Shown: piece after piece, positions 13,030-25,607 of the stretch
Numbering within the stretch: position 1 is the stretch's first letter
Layout: each line of letters begins with the position of its first letter
Assembly (NCBI RefSeq): GCF_001194135.2
Contig: NC_068983.1
Coordinates: forward strand, 102,776,371-102,840,370
From: Octopus bimaculoides
Lineage: Eukaryota
DNA: 64,000 bases
Reading direction: 5' to 3'
Notes under the pieces: generated by a model
What the model was told of the DNA's origin: nothing
Database searches by the model: none
The model's input: the letters and a program-made list of their open reading frames with translations, nothing else
Program-made: the position numbers and the translations under genes

Positions 13030-13304
13030 GATGACGATCTTTTCTGTTTTTGGAATGTAGATAACCAAAACAATGTCACATTCTAAACCGGAGAAAGGTC
13101 TTGCTAGTTTTACAGTTCTGCTTACAGACTGTATTTGTAATGTGCAAATCAGTTGGTCGATTTCTTTTTTCTGAAAATCCAAGCTTATCCAGACTGATGT
13201 ATGTATGTATGTATCTTAAGCCTTCAGCTACTAATGTTATTGTAGTTTAAATACCTTGCTGGTTCACTCTTTCATATCCCTGATAAAACCAAACTGGAAC
13301 TTAC

Positions 13305-13394
13305 TGTTACAATACTCCACTGGCCCTTCTCTGTCGCAGGAGGATATTGATTTGGTTGATCCCTGACAAGATTTTGACATTGACTGTTTTGAAT
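13305..13394 (-). CDS. ELAPOR (KIAA1324-like): ELAPOR-like internal exon 4 of 8 (IQNSQCQNLVRDQPNQYPPATEKGQWSIVT)
   Basis: Acceptor ctctag|ATT; donor ACA|gtaagt; 90 nt, phase 0 to 0. Resembles VQNDQCQ...TEKGW. Confidence 0.9.
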
Positions 13395-13552
13395 CTAGAG
13401 AAAATGAATTAATTCATATTTTATCATAAATATACACTGAAATGTCAAGAAATGTGCAACTTTATATGCTTTATGTTCACAAGGACAACATCTTTCCACA
13501 TTTACTCCACCTATCTTTCAGCAACAGTGCTTCAACAAGGTCAACATACACT

Positions 13553-13941
13553 CTCTTTTACTCTTTTACTGGCTTCAGTCATTTGACTGCGGCCATGCTG
13601 GAGCACTGCCTTTAGTCGAGCAAATCGACCCCAGGACTTATTCTTTGTAAGCCTAGTACTTATTCTATCGGTCTCTTTTTGCCGAACCGCTAAGTTACGG
13701 GGACGTAAACACACCAGCATCGGTTGTCAAGCGATGTTGGGGGGACAAACACAGATACACAAACGCACATACATATATACAAATACACATATATACGACG
13801 GGCTTCTTTCAGTTTCCGTCTACCAAATCCACTCACAAGGCTTTGGTCGGCCCGAGGCTATAGAAAAAGACACTTGCCCAAGCTGCCACGCAGTGGGACT
13901 GAACCCGGAACCATGTGGTTGGTGAGCAAGCTACTTACCAC
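13553..13941 (-). mobile_element. tRNA-derived SINE, family B, ~160 nt upstream of the exon at 13305-13394
   Basis: Highly similar reverse complement of 47279-47679. Confidence 0.85.
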
Positions 13942-14332
13942 TTTTAATGTCAAACACACAAATCTTTTAATGTTAAGATCATAATTTTTATATAATCTCT
14001 ATATATAAAACTGAACTCAAGAACTACCCAATGGATTTCATTCAAATTTTACAAATGCCTCACTTAGGGTCTATGCAGTGTCATGGGCCAGAAAAATTTT
14101 CAACTTCTTGCCTAATGCGAGCCCAGAGCAATCACCCATCTCTTACACTGTTTCCGCATTACACGTCAAAAATGAAACAATAATATCTCTATTAATACTT
14201 TCACTATTATATGGTTCCAATTTCAATTACTGTCATTATGTATCTATATATAAATCAGTTTCATTTCTATTACTTTCAATATGTATTTATAGACATAAGA
14301 GGTGAGGACCGAAATCCTTATACTTCGTTTAC

Positions 14333-14366
<34 letters not shown>

Positions 14367-14691
14367 TATTTATGTATGTATCATCATCATCATCACCATC
14401 ATTTAACGTCCGCTTTCCATGCTAGCATGGGTTGGACTATTTGACTGGGGACTGGCAAACCCGATGGCTACACCAGACTCCAATCTGATCTGGCAGAGTT
14501 TCTACAGCTGGATGCCCTTCCTAATGCCAACCACTCCAAGAGTGTAGTGGGAGCTTTTTACGTGTCACCAGCACGAGGGCCAGTCCAGCAGTACTGGCAA
14601 TGGCCATGCTCAAATGGTGCTTTTTACGTGCCACCGGAACGGAAGCGAGACCACTGCTCTGGCAGTGATCCTGCTCGTATGTATGTATATA

Positions 14692-14730
<39 letters not shown>

Positions 14731-14737
14731 ATATGTG

Positions 14738-14781
<44 letters not shown>

Positions 14782-14855
14782 TGTCTGTCTGTCTGTTTGT
14801 ACCCCCATATATGTATATATATATGTATATATATATGTGTGTATATAAATATGTG

Positions 14856-14890
<35 letters not shown>

Positions 14891-15354
14891 CTGTCTGTCT
14901 GTACCCCTCACTATTGCTCAACAACCCATGTTGCTGTGTTTACATTCCCATAACTTAACAGTTCGGCAAAAAACACTGATAGAATAAGTACCAGGCTTAC
15001 AAAGAATATATCCTGTGGTCGATTTTTTTGACCAAAGGCAGTGCTCCAGCATGGCTGCAGTCACATGACTGAAACAAGTAAAACAATAAAAAAAACTATG
15101 CCATTTTAATTCCGAGCAAGGCCAGGTATCTCTGCTAGTTATATATAAAGCATACAATGACTATTGAAAATCAAATTAATGGAAACAATTATAATCATAA
15201 ATATTCACTCGAAAATTAAATAGTCAAGAAAATAATAGCCTTCAATTTATTATTATGGTAAACAGATACAATTTGAAGTGAATTACATCCTAATTTGGAA
15301 GAACATAACAGCCATACAAATTATTAATACATACCAAATTATATAATTATGCTA

Positions 15355-15580
15355 TTAACTCTTTAGCATTTAAACAAGCCAAATCTGGCCCAAATATTCT
15401 ACCTGTTTTATATGCAAACTGACCAGATCCAGCCTCTCATACCTACCCTACAATGTCATTCTAAGAATAAACAATCATCTCATTGAAATCTTGAAACTGA
15501 AATAATGCATGATTAATTCAAAACAATGGAAATAGAGAAGCATTGCATTTGACCGTGTAATCTGAATGCTAAAGAGTTAA
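15355..15580 (+). mobile_element. piggyBac-type MITE (~220 bp) with TTAA target duplication
   Basis: TTAA|CTCTTTAGCATT ... AATGCTAAAGAG|TTAA perfect terminal inverted repeats. Other copies at 2093-2295(-), 20293-20515(+), 39365-39592(-), 59852-60374(+, interrupted). Confidence 0.8.
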
Positions 15581-15701
15581 ACTTTTATGGTGTTGGACAA
15601 AATACATTGTGGTATATATTCCAGTGCTTTGTGATCTAAGTTTAAAAACCTTTCATTTTTCTGGGGTCAATAAATATGGTACTTGTCTAGGGCAGTGAAC
15701 T

Positions 15702-16082
15702 GTTGTTGTTGGCACTCCGTCATTTACGACGTCGAGGGTTCCAGTTGATCCAATCAACGGAACAGCCTGCTCGTGAAATTAACGTGCAAGTGGCTGAGCA
15801 CTCCACAGACACGTGTACCCTTAACGTAGTTCTCAGGGATATTCAGCGTGACACAGTGTGACAAGGTTGCCCCTTTGAAATACAGGTACAACAGAAACAG
15901 GAAGTAAGACAAACTTGTGGTGGAAGAGTACAGCAGGGTTCGCCACCATCCCCTGCCGGAGCCTCGTGGAGTTTTAGGTGTTTTCGCTCAATAAACACTC
16001 ACAACACCCAGTCTGGGAATCGAAACCGCGAACCTATGACCGCGAGTCCGCTGCCCTAACCACTGGGCCATTGCACCTCTGA
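15702..16082 (-). mobile_element. tRNA-derived SINE, family A, (CAA)n tail, 11-bp TSD
   Basis: Head GAGGTGCAATGGCCCAGTGGTTAGGGCAGCGG...GTTTCGATTCCC on the minus strand; TSD GGCAGTGAACT at 15691-15701 and 16083-16093. Confidence 0.85.
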
Positions 16083-18808
16083 GGCAGTGAACTAATGAAA
16101 ACATTAAAGCATCAGACAGGATGTCTTACAGTATTTGCATTCAGATTTCAAATCCTGCCAAGGCCTGCCCCACATGGCCCCACTCTATTGCAAGCATTTG
16201 GACCAGGTCTCTGGATTAAAGAATACCTTCCTCCCAACCCACCCCAGCCCCATCTCCAAATCAGTGTCAGGGGCCCAGTAATGGTCCATATAACCTCCCT
16301 TTACTGCTATTTAAAAAATTAATGGAAGTTTTATGGCTAAGTGCAGAGAAAGGAAGTGCTTTATGAACTTGCCAGGCCCTCTGAAACTAATGAAACTGCT
16401 ACTGTTGATTTTTAGTTTGAACATCCAAAAGTCAATATATCAAGGAAACAAACTTAGGCAGAGAAGAAATTTCAAATAAGAGGATAGAAACAACTCCACC
16501 TTTGAACATAGGTGAGGATGATAAAAGAATAACAATACCAATGAGAAAAGTTGTAAACAGTGCCAACAAGAATTCAGACACACCACATCATAAATAAGAG
16601 ACATTCACTTCAACAGTATAACTCACGGAGTACATATTCTGTACAACTCCTACCACAGATGAAGAAAACAAATTTTTCATTATCCAATGAAATATCACAA
16701 CAGACATAGCACAGTCTACACAGCAAACATATAAAACACTGAAATAACACCAGGAACAATAAAACAATTTTCACAGGTCAAAGCAGATATAACATACAAA
16801 AGTCATGCTATATTTCTAAGATACAATGCTTTCTATACACTTCAGAAACATAGGGAGTCGTTTGGTAATGCAGTAATGTGAAACTCTTAAAAAACAACTT
16901 TTCTACATGAAGTACAAGGCCACAAATTTGGTGAGGAAGGTGCAGTCAATTTATTGCATCCCAGTACTCGACTGGTACTTTATTTACTCCAGTAAAAAAT
17001 GCGCTAATAGAATGAGAGGAATAAGAGACAGACAGTTGAACAATGGGAGGGGTGACAACAAGTAGACAAATGGACAAAGAGTAAACACAAAAATAATTAA
17101 CAAAGTTGTACACAGTGAACTGTACACCAAAAGAAAGGAAAAAGAAAAAAGAAGTCCAATGTTTCAGATAAACTCTTTATCAAAGGGTTATATGTGGGCT
17201 CCCAGGAGGGCAAAAGGCAATATCAACTTCAGTAAGTATCCTAAAATGGCTACATTGACAAATATAAGTATATTTCCACACTTACACACCACACTTATAT
17301 TTGTGTTAGTTTTGAATGGAAAAAAAATAGACCTCTAACCAAACTAGTGTTCAAATAATGAATATTTTGAATAGCCTTTGTTATTTTCTTATAAGAATTA
17401 TAAAACATTAACAATATAAAGTATGAGTCACAGACTTTTTTTCATTTTACTATCAAGCCAACAAGAAAATTTTATACGGTTGCATATTTGACCTGGTAAT
17501 TAGAAATGACAGCCAAATCTCTAATTCATACCTTACAATTTTAAAAAGGAAGGACACATTGGATAATGTGTCCCTGGATACATTGTCTTAAAATGAAACA
17601 GGATGCCCAAAGTTGGAGTATCTTTGATTGTGTGTCTATTCAATCATGATTTATCTGGGGATAAATTACTACAACCAACCTATCTCTACTTTATGTTTTA
17701 ATTCAAATTCTTTTTAGATCAATAGGTCTAAAAAGAGAGTATCTTAGACCCATAGGTTTAAGTGCTGTCTTTGGGACATCTTGAATAAATAAAATAAGCG
17801 ATAATATTTATCTCTCCTGTAGTACCCCATGAGAAATTCTGAGTTCTGAATTTGCTGCTAGCTAATGAAACACTTTCCAGTTGTAGTCTACTGCTGTTGT
17901 TACCACTCTATGGTACATACTTACAGCTAAGCAGGCTAAACCAACAAAATTTAAGTGTTTTCACCAGGAACAATTTGCTACAAGCATACAATTTATGCAG
18001 CCTTTAAATGATAAGTTAGCCGTTTTATACATCTAGCTCAATTTACTTCATAAACTAATATAGTAAATAAACTACAATATAAACCAATCGTTTATCTTTT
18101 ACTTATTTCCGTTATTGGACTGTAGCCATGCTGGGGCACCGCTTTGAAGGTTTTAGTCAAACAAATTGATCACTACTTATTTTTAGAATCTAGTACATAT
18201 TCTATGAGTCTCATGTGCCAAAAAGCTAAATTATGAGGACATAAACAAACCAACACCTGTTGTCAAGCAGTGAGGTGAAGACAAACACACACACATATAT
18301 ATATATAATATATATANNNNNNNNNNNNNNNNNNNNNNNNNNNNNNNNNNNNNNNNNNNNNNNNNNNNNNATATATATATATATATATATAGGACAGGCT
18401 TCCACAAAGTTTCCATCAATGAAATGTATTCACAAGGCATTGGTCAGTCTGGGGCTATAGTAGAAAACACTATCCCTAGGTGCCACACAGTGAGCTTATA
18501 TCTTACTGCAAGCATTACAACTGTATTTGCCTTGGTAACTTACCAAAATTAGAAAGAGGCACATCACAAATTGTTTCTAGAAAAATCAAATCCAATGGTC
18601 TAAGGTCCTATTTAAGAATCTCTTGTTCACTTGCTGCACTTCGGAAATCTTATAGCTGAGGTATGGATTCAAATTTTCTTTTTAACAAAGGAGTAATTGT
18701 TAGTCCTGTTAAGGACCTTCAATAACTACACTTATCAGTAAATTTCACAATAACAACCATATTGCTTTCAGGAAAAAAATATTAAATTCAGTAGAATTAT
18801 AAACCTAC

Positions 18809-18956
18809 CAGAAACTGAAGCAAAGAAGCTGATTCAGAAAACTGATATTCAAATGTTACAGATCCAGGTTTCACCAAATTGACTGTGTAAACTAGGGATG
18901 TAGCACAGTCTTTGGGATAAGCAGCAATGAAGTTTCCTTTAGGGATCCATCCAGAA
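18809..18956 (-). CDS. ELAPOR (KIAA1324-like): ELAPOR-like internal exon 3 of 8 ((N)SGWIPKGNFIAAYPKDCATSLVYTVNLVKPGSVTFEYQFSESASLLQFL)
   Basis: Acceptor tttatag|T; donor CTG|gtaggt; 148 nt, phase 2 to 0. Not in the ORF track; read manually. Resembles WVPRGDYI...LMYAVNLKQSGTVNFEY. Confidence 0.93.
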
Positions 18957-20739
18957 CTATAAACAAAATATAAAAAAAAAATTGATAAATAAATAAATAT
19001 AACAATATTTCAAACATTTATAATGGACATTAGAAAAACCAAGTAACAAATTCAAAACACCAAGAAGCTATTTTTGATAGTGCAGTAGCCACTAAGACAC
19101 ATTCACAACACAGGACAAAGTACTGAAGGATGACTTTACAATGCTGAATCTTTCACACAAAGTGACAAAGGACCAAGATACCTGGCACCTTGTTGTACTC
19201 CCCAGCTGAAGTGTTAAAGTTGCATCCCCCAGTGAAGAGGATTGGCCTGCAAGAGTCCTGTGCTGGTGTGTCATGTGAAAAGCACAGTGTCACATAATGG
19301 TGGACATGTCAGTGCCACGTTAAAAGCACCTAGTACACACCGTAAAGTGGTTAGCGTTAGGAGGGGCAGCCAGCCGTAGAAACCAAACCAAATCAGACTG
19401 GAACCTGGTGCAGCTCTCCAGCTTGCTAACTCTTGTCAAACCATCCAACTCATGCCAGCATGGAAAACAGACATTAAATGATGATGATAATGATTTTACT
19501 GAAAGGCTACCACATTTCTGTTACCTAGGAGAAAGAAATTGTCAGAAATGATTATCATCATTATCAACAATGTTTAAACATCCACTTTTCTTTGCCTGCA
19601 TGAACTGGATGAAGTTTATTGAGGCAAATTTTCTACAGACAGATGCCTTTCCCGTCACCTACCCTCAGTTTTCTTTCCAAGTTAGATAAATATTTCTCTA
19701 TAGCCAGATATGTTCATACAGAATGTTAGAAATGAATGACATTACTAGTATTACTGTCACACTCATTTAAAACTATGATGCGATGTTAAGATAAGGAGGT
19801 ATAAACACACACTCACACATATATATGTACACAACAAGCCTCTCTCACCTTCAGTCTATCAAATCCACTCACAAGGCTTTAATCAGCTCAGGGCTATAGT
19901 AGAGTCCCACACACTGGGACTCAACCCAAGACCATGTAGTTGGGAAGCAAACTTTTTATCACACAGCTATGTCTGTGCCATATCCAAAATAGTATGCTAC
20001 TTATTTTTGGTACCCTACAAGACAACCAGATGTTAGTTAATCAACATTAGGGTAAAAAAAAGCTAAACTACTTGTTTTGTTTTTATTTTTATTTATTTTT
20101 TTTTTTACTTAATAGTTGAGTCAGAGGAGAAAGGCAATGCCTATTGGCTTTTTCAAGGCCTTGGTGACTAGTGGGAGGAAGTTACTATCAAACAGGAAAT
20201 CTTGCCCAAATGCTCTTAACAGAGTGTAACTCAACTCAAAGTGCTTAACAGCCAGATGGTGGTGGTAAACTGGACAACAGATTAAGTCTATTTTAACCCA
20301 TTAGTAATTTAAACTGACCATATCCTGCCCAAATACTCAACCTGTTTTATGTTCCAACTGGCTAGATCACACTTCTCACACCTACCCTATAATGTCATCC
20401 TAATAATATACAATAACATCATTGAAATTTCAAAGCTATAAGTAATGCATGATTAATTCAAACAATGTGAATAAATGTTACATCTGATACAGTCATCTGA
20501 ATGGTAAAGGGTCAAACAGATGCCATGAAACATGTGGGCTGAATCTTTTACAAGTTTACAAGTTCCAAGTTGTCCACTAAGACACTCTACAAGCACATAT
20601 AAAAGTCTCTATTGCATATTCCTTAATATAACAGAATCAGCATTGTTGATAAGTTCTGTGAATCAAGAGCTATATAAAAAAAAAAAAAAAGCAACTGGTA
20701 TTTTACAATACTTTGCAGAAACTACCAAAACAATTTTAT

Positions 20740-21075
20740 ATTTTAAAGTATTTAATCTCCCACGTTCTTCATTGGAGACGAACCACTTCAGCACTTCACT
20801 GCAAGTTTCTACAACACCACAGAATACTTGGCAGACTCTATGTTGGATTCTTCTACATCTGCCATCACAAATCATACGATGACTTCTCTCTTCAGCCATC
20901 AGTGGATGAAGCATAATTCAAAGACTGTCCTTCCAAGAAGAATCGTCCCATGACTAAGCTACCTTTTTTACGTTCTAGATGGGTTTTTTTTATGACTTAA
21001 CTGCCAAACGAACAGTTTTCTTTTACTACTCGAGGCTGCCATTTTGTGAGGTCCAAACAATCAGTTTCTTATGGC
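20740..21075 (-). mobile_element. Possible decayed LINE ORF1 with PHD-finger-like motif
   Basis: Minus strand has AAAATGGCAGCC (MAASSSKKK), then MICDGRCRRIQHRVC...LKWFVS, resembling the CDxCxxWxHxxC...WxC PHD pattern. Broken frame; family assignment is inference. Confidence 0.35.
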
Positions 21076-24012
21076 TCGTCTTTCGTGTGGTCCACCATAA
21101 CTCAGGGCATTTACCAACGAAAGTGTTCTGCTTGCAAATCGGTATGCATATCTGAGGCCTCTTAAGCAAAACCTTAAAAACCACAGGAACATTTTCGTAC
21201 AATATTTCAAATGAAGCTGATTATAATATTACAGCGATTGGGGTATATTCACTTATCACCTGTTGGACAAAATGCAAAGGCTAATGATAGAACTACCCAC
21301 AAATTTTGAATTAGAAAGAGCTACAAATTCAGATTCACTAATCAGCTAAATTCATTATGAAGGTAAATAGAACTAAAAAAAAATTGATCCCTCTCTGAAC
21401 TGCACATACAAATTAAACTGAATGCTAACAGACAAGGCATTTTACTATTAACATTTTCATTTAGTTTGTTGCTTTATTTTGGCTGAGGTCATGCCAAAAC
21501 AAAGCAAAATCTGTTGAAAATTTTCAGTATATAAATTTGCAAAATAGTGGAATTATAAAATAGCAAAAATATTCAGTTAAATCATGAAATGTAAGCTTTA
21601 GAATTTTCATTCATCTAAGATTTAATTTCGAACAGTTGCATGGTTTAGAGATGATGTATACATGAACAGATAAGTGACAATTTGTAACTCACTGATAACC
21701 TTTAACCAGAGAAATTCAAAATACAGAGTACACATTTTACCAGGGATTCTGTCTCATGGCACAATATTTCAATAGTAACACATCATTTTCAAATTCTATT
21801 AAAATACAGTCATAATCTGTGAACCAATATATCAATATTATGACAATATGGCATATCTGACTACTTATACACACAGCTTATATGTTAATATGCATTTCAT
21901 ACATTTTCATGTATTTCTAGGTAAGCAATATAATAATATATCCTTGAGTTTTAAAGATATGTATCTAACTTGGCATAATATCAAGGACTGGAGTCATCTA
22001 GAGTTAAGCACCAGCATTATGGATTGTTGTAGCTTGTAGAGAAACATTTTAATTTTTCTCTATCAGCAGTAAATTAATTTGCTGTAGTCTAAGTATAATT
22101 CAGAAAATATGGATTATTAAGGATTTATGTTCCAAATAAAATTTATTAAATCCAGGACAATATTTTGAGGCGAGTGTTAGAAAGCTAGACCATCAATATT
22201 TCATTAAACTACAATGCAGAGCACCAGTCAAACATGTCTACAAACATTCTTTGCATAGCATTGACCTGAACTTTTTTTCCCAGTCTATGAATCCATCATA
22301 TATTTGAATAGAATCAAGGCAGTGGAGACAACCAAGACAGTAGAGTAATTCATCTTTCTTGATTCCAACTTTTAAATACCACCAGAACTTCTGCTTTTCA
22401 TAAAAGATTCATTCACTTGCTTTATCTTTCTCTTCCAAAACAGACTTTGAAGTAAATCAATATAAAGGTAGAAATAAGTTGATAAGTGTGGTTAAGAGAC
22501 ATTTTATTAACTCCAGCAAGAAATCTATCTTCAGAATAACTTGTTGCATCCATTTCTTTTGTTGATTTCGAACAATATATTTAACATAGAATACAATGAG
22601 GTAAGAAGAAGGAGAGAACAGTGTATTAATGATGGCCACATCACTGTATTTATAATATACACACAAAAACTGCCAATCTTTAAACATAGTAATATATTGA
22701 TCTAGCAATAAGACTAGACAGTATGTCTGACAGCAGTTTGATGACACCAAGAACTGCATAGAATTTATAGCTGGTAGATTTAGTAGAAATCCAATTAGTG
22801 GTTCAATGACGCTAAAAGTAATAGTAGTAATTACACAGCAAAAGTCTGTAGCTATACCAGTGCTATCTTTAGTTTTTATATTCAAAACTAACAATGAAAT
22901 CAATAAGATGATACATAGATAATGCATATCTTTACAAGACAGAATCTTTTTTCCTACTTTATAAGATTTCATAAAAAATAAATTATTCTTTATTTGCTTA
23001 GAGCTTCATCAACAACATTGGTGAAATCAGAATTATCAATTGTATGGAATATTTTCCAAATGTTGAATGTTAGTGTTAACAGTATTCCCATTATCATTTA
23101 TTCTAAGCCAGTGAAGGTTCAGAAACAGTACAGTGCCAGACCAAATGAATGCAGTAACTAGTTACAGATTCTTACAGTCTGAGTTCAAATCGTGCCAAGA
23201 ACAATTTTGCCTTTCTTCATTCTGGAATCAATATAATGAAGTTATTTGATAAGTTTGCCTCCTATTGGCCTTGTGTACTAATGTGAGACATATTATAATA
23301 TACTTTAGAAAGTTAATATTACTGGAAGAAATATTATAATATATTTTCGGAAGTAAGTATTACTGGTAAAAAAATAGAGCTGAACAAAATGTCTTGCAGT
23401 ACTAAATATTTTTGTTTCACTCATTTTAAATACTGTCATAGTTAACTCACCCACTATGTTTTTCTGAAGTTGATAAAATAAGTATCAGATATACTTGGGA
23501 GTTAAGCCAATTTACTTACCTTTAAAAATTTAATATTTTTTCCATTAACATGGAAAAATTATTAACACAGCTTGGCATTAATACACTTTGTCTTGCTGCC
23601 AACATTACCTCAGTACACTTTGCCAAATCATCTGAGATTATCTGATAAATTAGTGTCCTATCCAGGGAAGGATTTATTTCTCATCATCTTAAAACCATGA
23701 AATGTGAGCTAAACATGAGCCCCTTCTTTACAACATATTATTAAATTTCTTTTATGGCCCACAGTGGAATCAAAAATTAAAAGTAAACCCTATTGTGGAA
23801 ATTTGAACACAGAGACAGCAGCTCAGGTGCCATAGAATATTCAATTTGTACCACATCTAAGCTAATCACACTGATTCACTACATTGGCTCAAACCGATCC
23901 ATTTTTGTGGAGGAGGAAGTAAGTCTAATTTGCATCCAAAACAACTAAATTAAATTAAGAAATGCTATCTGGTATTGACTCATCCCATGATTTGCTATGG
24001 TTTAACACCAAT

Positions 24013-24146
24013 ATTTCCTGTTTAAACCTTCTATATTTCAAATGTTATGTACATTTCCTGTTTAAACCTTCAATATTTCAAATGTTATGTACAAATGTTA
24101 TGTACATAAAACATTTGGAATACATAATATTTCAAATGTTATGTAC
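24013..24146. repeat. Local tandem duplication of a 40-bp unit plus partial copies
   Basis: ATTTCCTGTTTAAACCTTC(T/A)ATATTTCAAATGTTATGTAC at 24013-24052 and 24053-24092; AAATGTTATGTAC recurs at 24093 and ~24134. Confidence 0.85.
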
Positions 24147-24371
24147 TATTTTCTAAGATAGCTAAATAGTACTGTTGTTTAATGTAATTCAGTTTAACTT
24201 TGAACTAATCCATGTCTTCTATTGTTCTGTTAACACTGCCAAATGCATTTTCATTTGGTATGTGTATATATGTATGTGAGATCTATATGAGATATTTAAA
24301 GAACAGTGGTTTGTGTGCATATATATAAGTCAGTAAATAGTGGGGTTGTGTTAACCGCACGTGGAGAAATA

Positions 24372-25177
24372 ATAGGAAAATGAAAAAAAAAGGCAGAATG
24401 CTAAACTGGGAGCATATTTTAATAAAGATTTTTAACCGGTTTTCATTGCGAAAGCAAATTATCAAGAAGAAGGAGAATGAAAATGTTTTTTACAAAGAAG
24501 TACAAAATGAAGAAAATAATATATAAAAAAAAATAATATATAAAAAAAATAAATATACCCATACATTATATTGTCTTTGAGCTTTTGAAGTTCAATAGTA
24601 GTTCATGTATATAATGATAGGAAAAATAAGGATGCATGAGAGTTGAGAGTTTTGTTAGGTTTAAAAAATGGGTTAAAAGTTTGTGTTAAGCAGGAAATGT
24701 GGTGTCAAAACAGGAAGTGTGTGTAAGGGGAGACAAATGTTTTTAGTTGGAGTTATGAACTCTTTTTCAACAAGCAGTTTGTGTTGAAAAAGAGTTCATA
24801 ACTCCAACTAAAAACATTTGTCTCCCCTTACACACACTTCTTGTTTTGACACCACATTTCCTGCTTAACACAAACTTTTAACCCTTTTTTTAAACCTAAC
24901 AAAACTCTCAACTCTCATGCATCCTTATTTTTCCTACCATTATATACATGAACTACTAGTGAACTTCAAAAGCTCAAAGACAATATAATGTATGGGTATA
25001 TTTATTTTTTTTATATATTATTTTTTTTATATATTATTTTCTTCATTTTGTACTTCTTTGCAAAAAACATTTTCATTCTCCTCCTTGATAATTTGCTTTC
25101 GCAATGAAAACCGGTTAGAAATCTTTATTAAAATATGCTCCCAGTTTAGCATTCAGCCTTTTTTTTCATTTTCCTAT
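24372..25177. repeat. 806-bp fold-back palindrome (arms 401/396 bp, 9-nt loop)
   Basis: 24372-24772 is the reverse complement of 24782-25177 with about 8 substitutions and 3 small indels, counted by eye; loop AGCAGTTTG. Confidence 0.95.
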
Positions 25178-25575
25178 ATATATATATACCATCATTATTA
25201 TTTAACATTTGCCTGCTATGCTGGCATGGGTTGGATGGCTTGACAGGAGCTAGCCAGGTAGAAGATAACACCAGGCCACTGTGTCTGTTTTGGCATGGAT
25301 TTTACAGCTGGGTGCCCTACCAAGCACAAACCACCCCTTAGAATGTACTGAGTGCTTTTTATGTGGCACCAGCACAGGCAATGTCATTTTAACATCCACT
25401 TTTCCATGTTTGCATGGTTGGATGGAGTTTATTGAGGCAGATTTTCTATGCCTGGCTGCCCTTCCTGTCACCAATTCTATTTCCAAGCAAGATAATATTT
25501 CCCCATGGCCAGACATGTTTTCCAAGAATATTGGTAATGAATGACATTCATTTATAACAGTCACACGATATCAAG

Positions 25576-25607
<32 letters not shown>

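Noticed and set aside
14521-14987. Many ORFs with YIYI/HTHT/VCVC/LSLS runs throughout the window
   Set aside because: Translations of dinucleotide and tetranucleotide microsatellites; no coding signal.
22457-22972. 171-aa minus-strand ORF
   Set aside because: AT-rich I/L/F/Y-biased composition, no motif, no splice support; expected by chance or from a decayed repeat.
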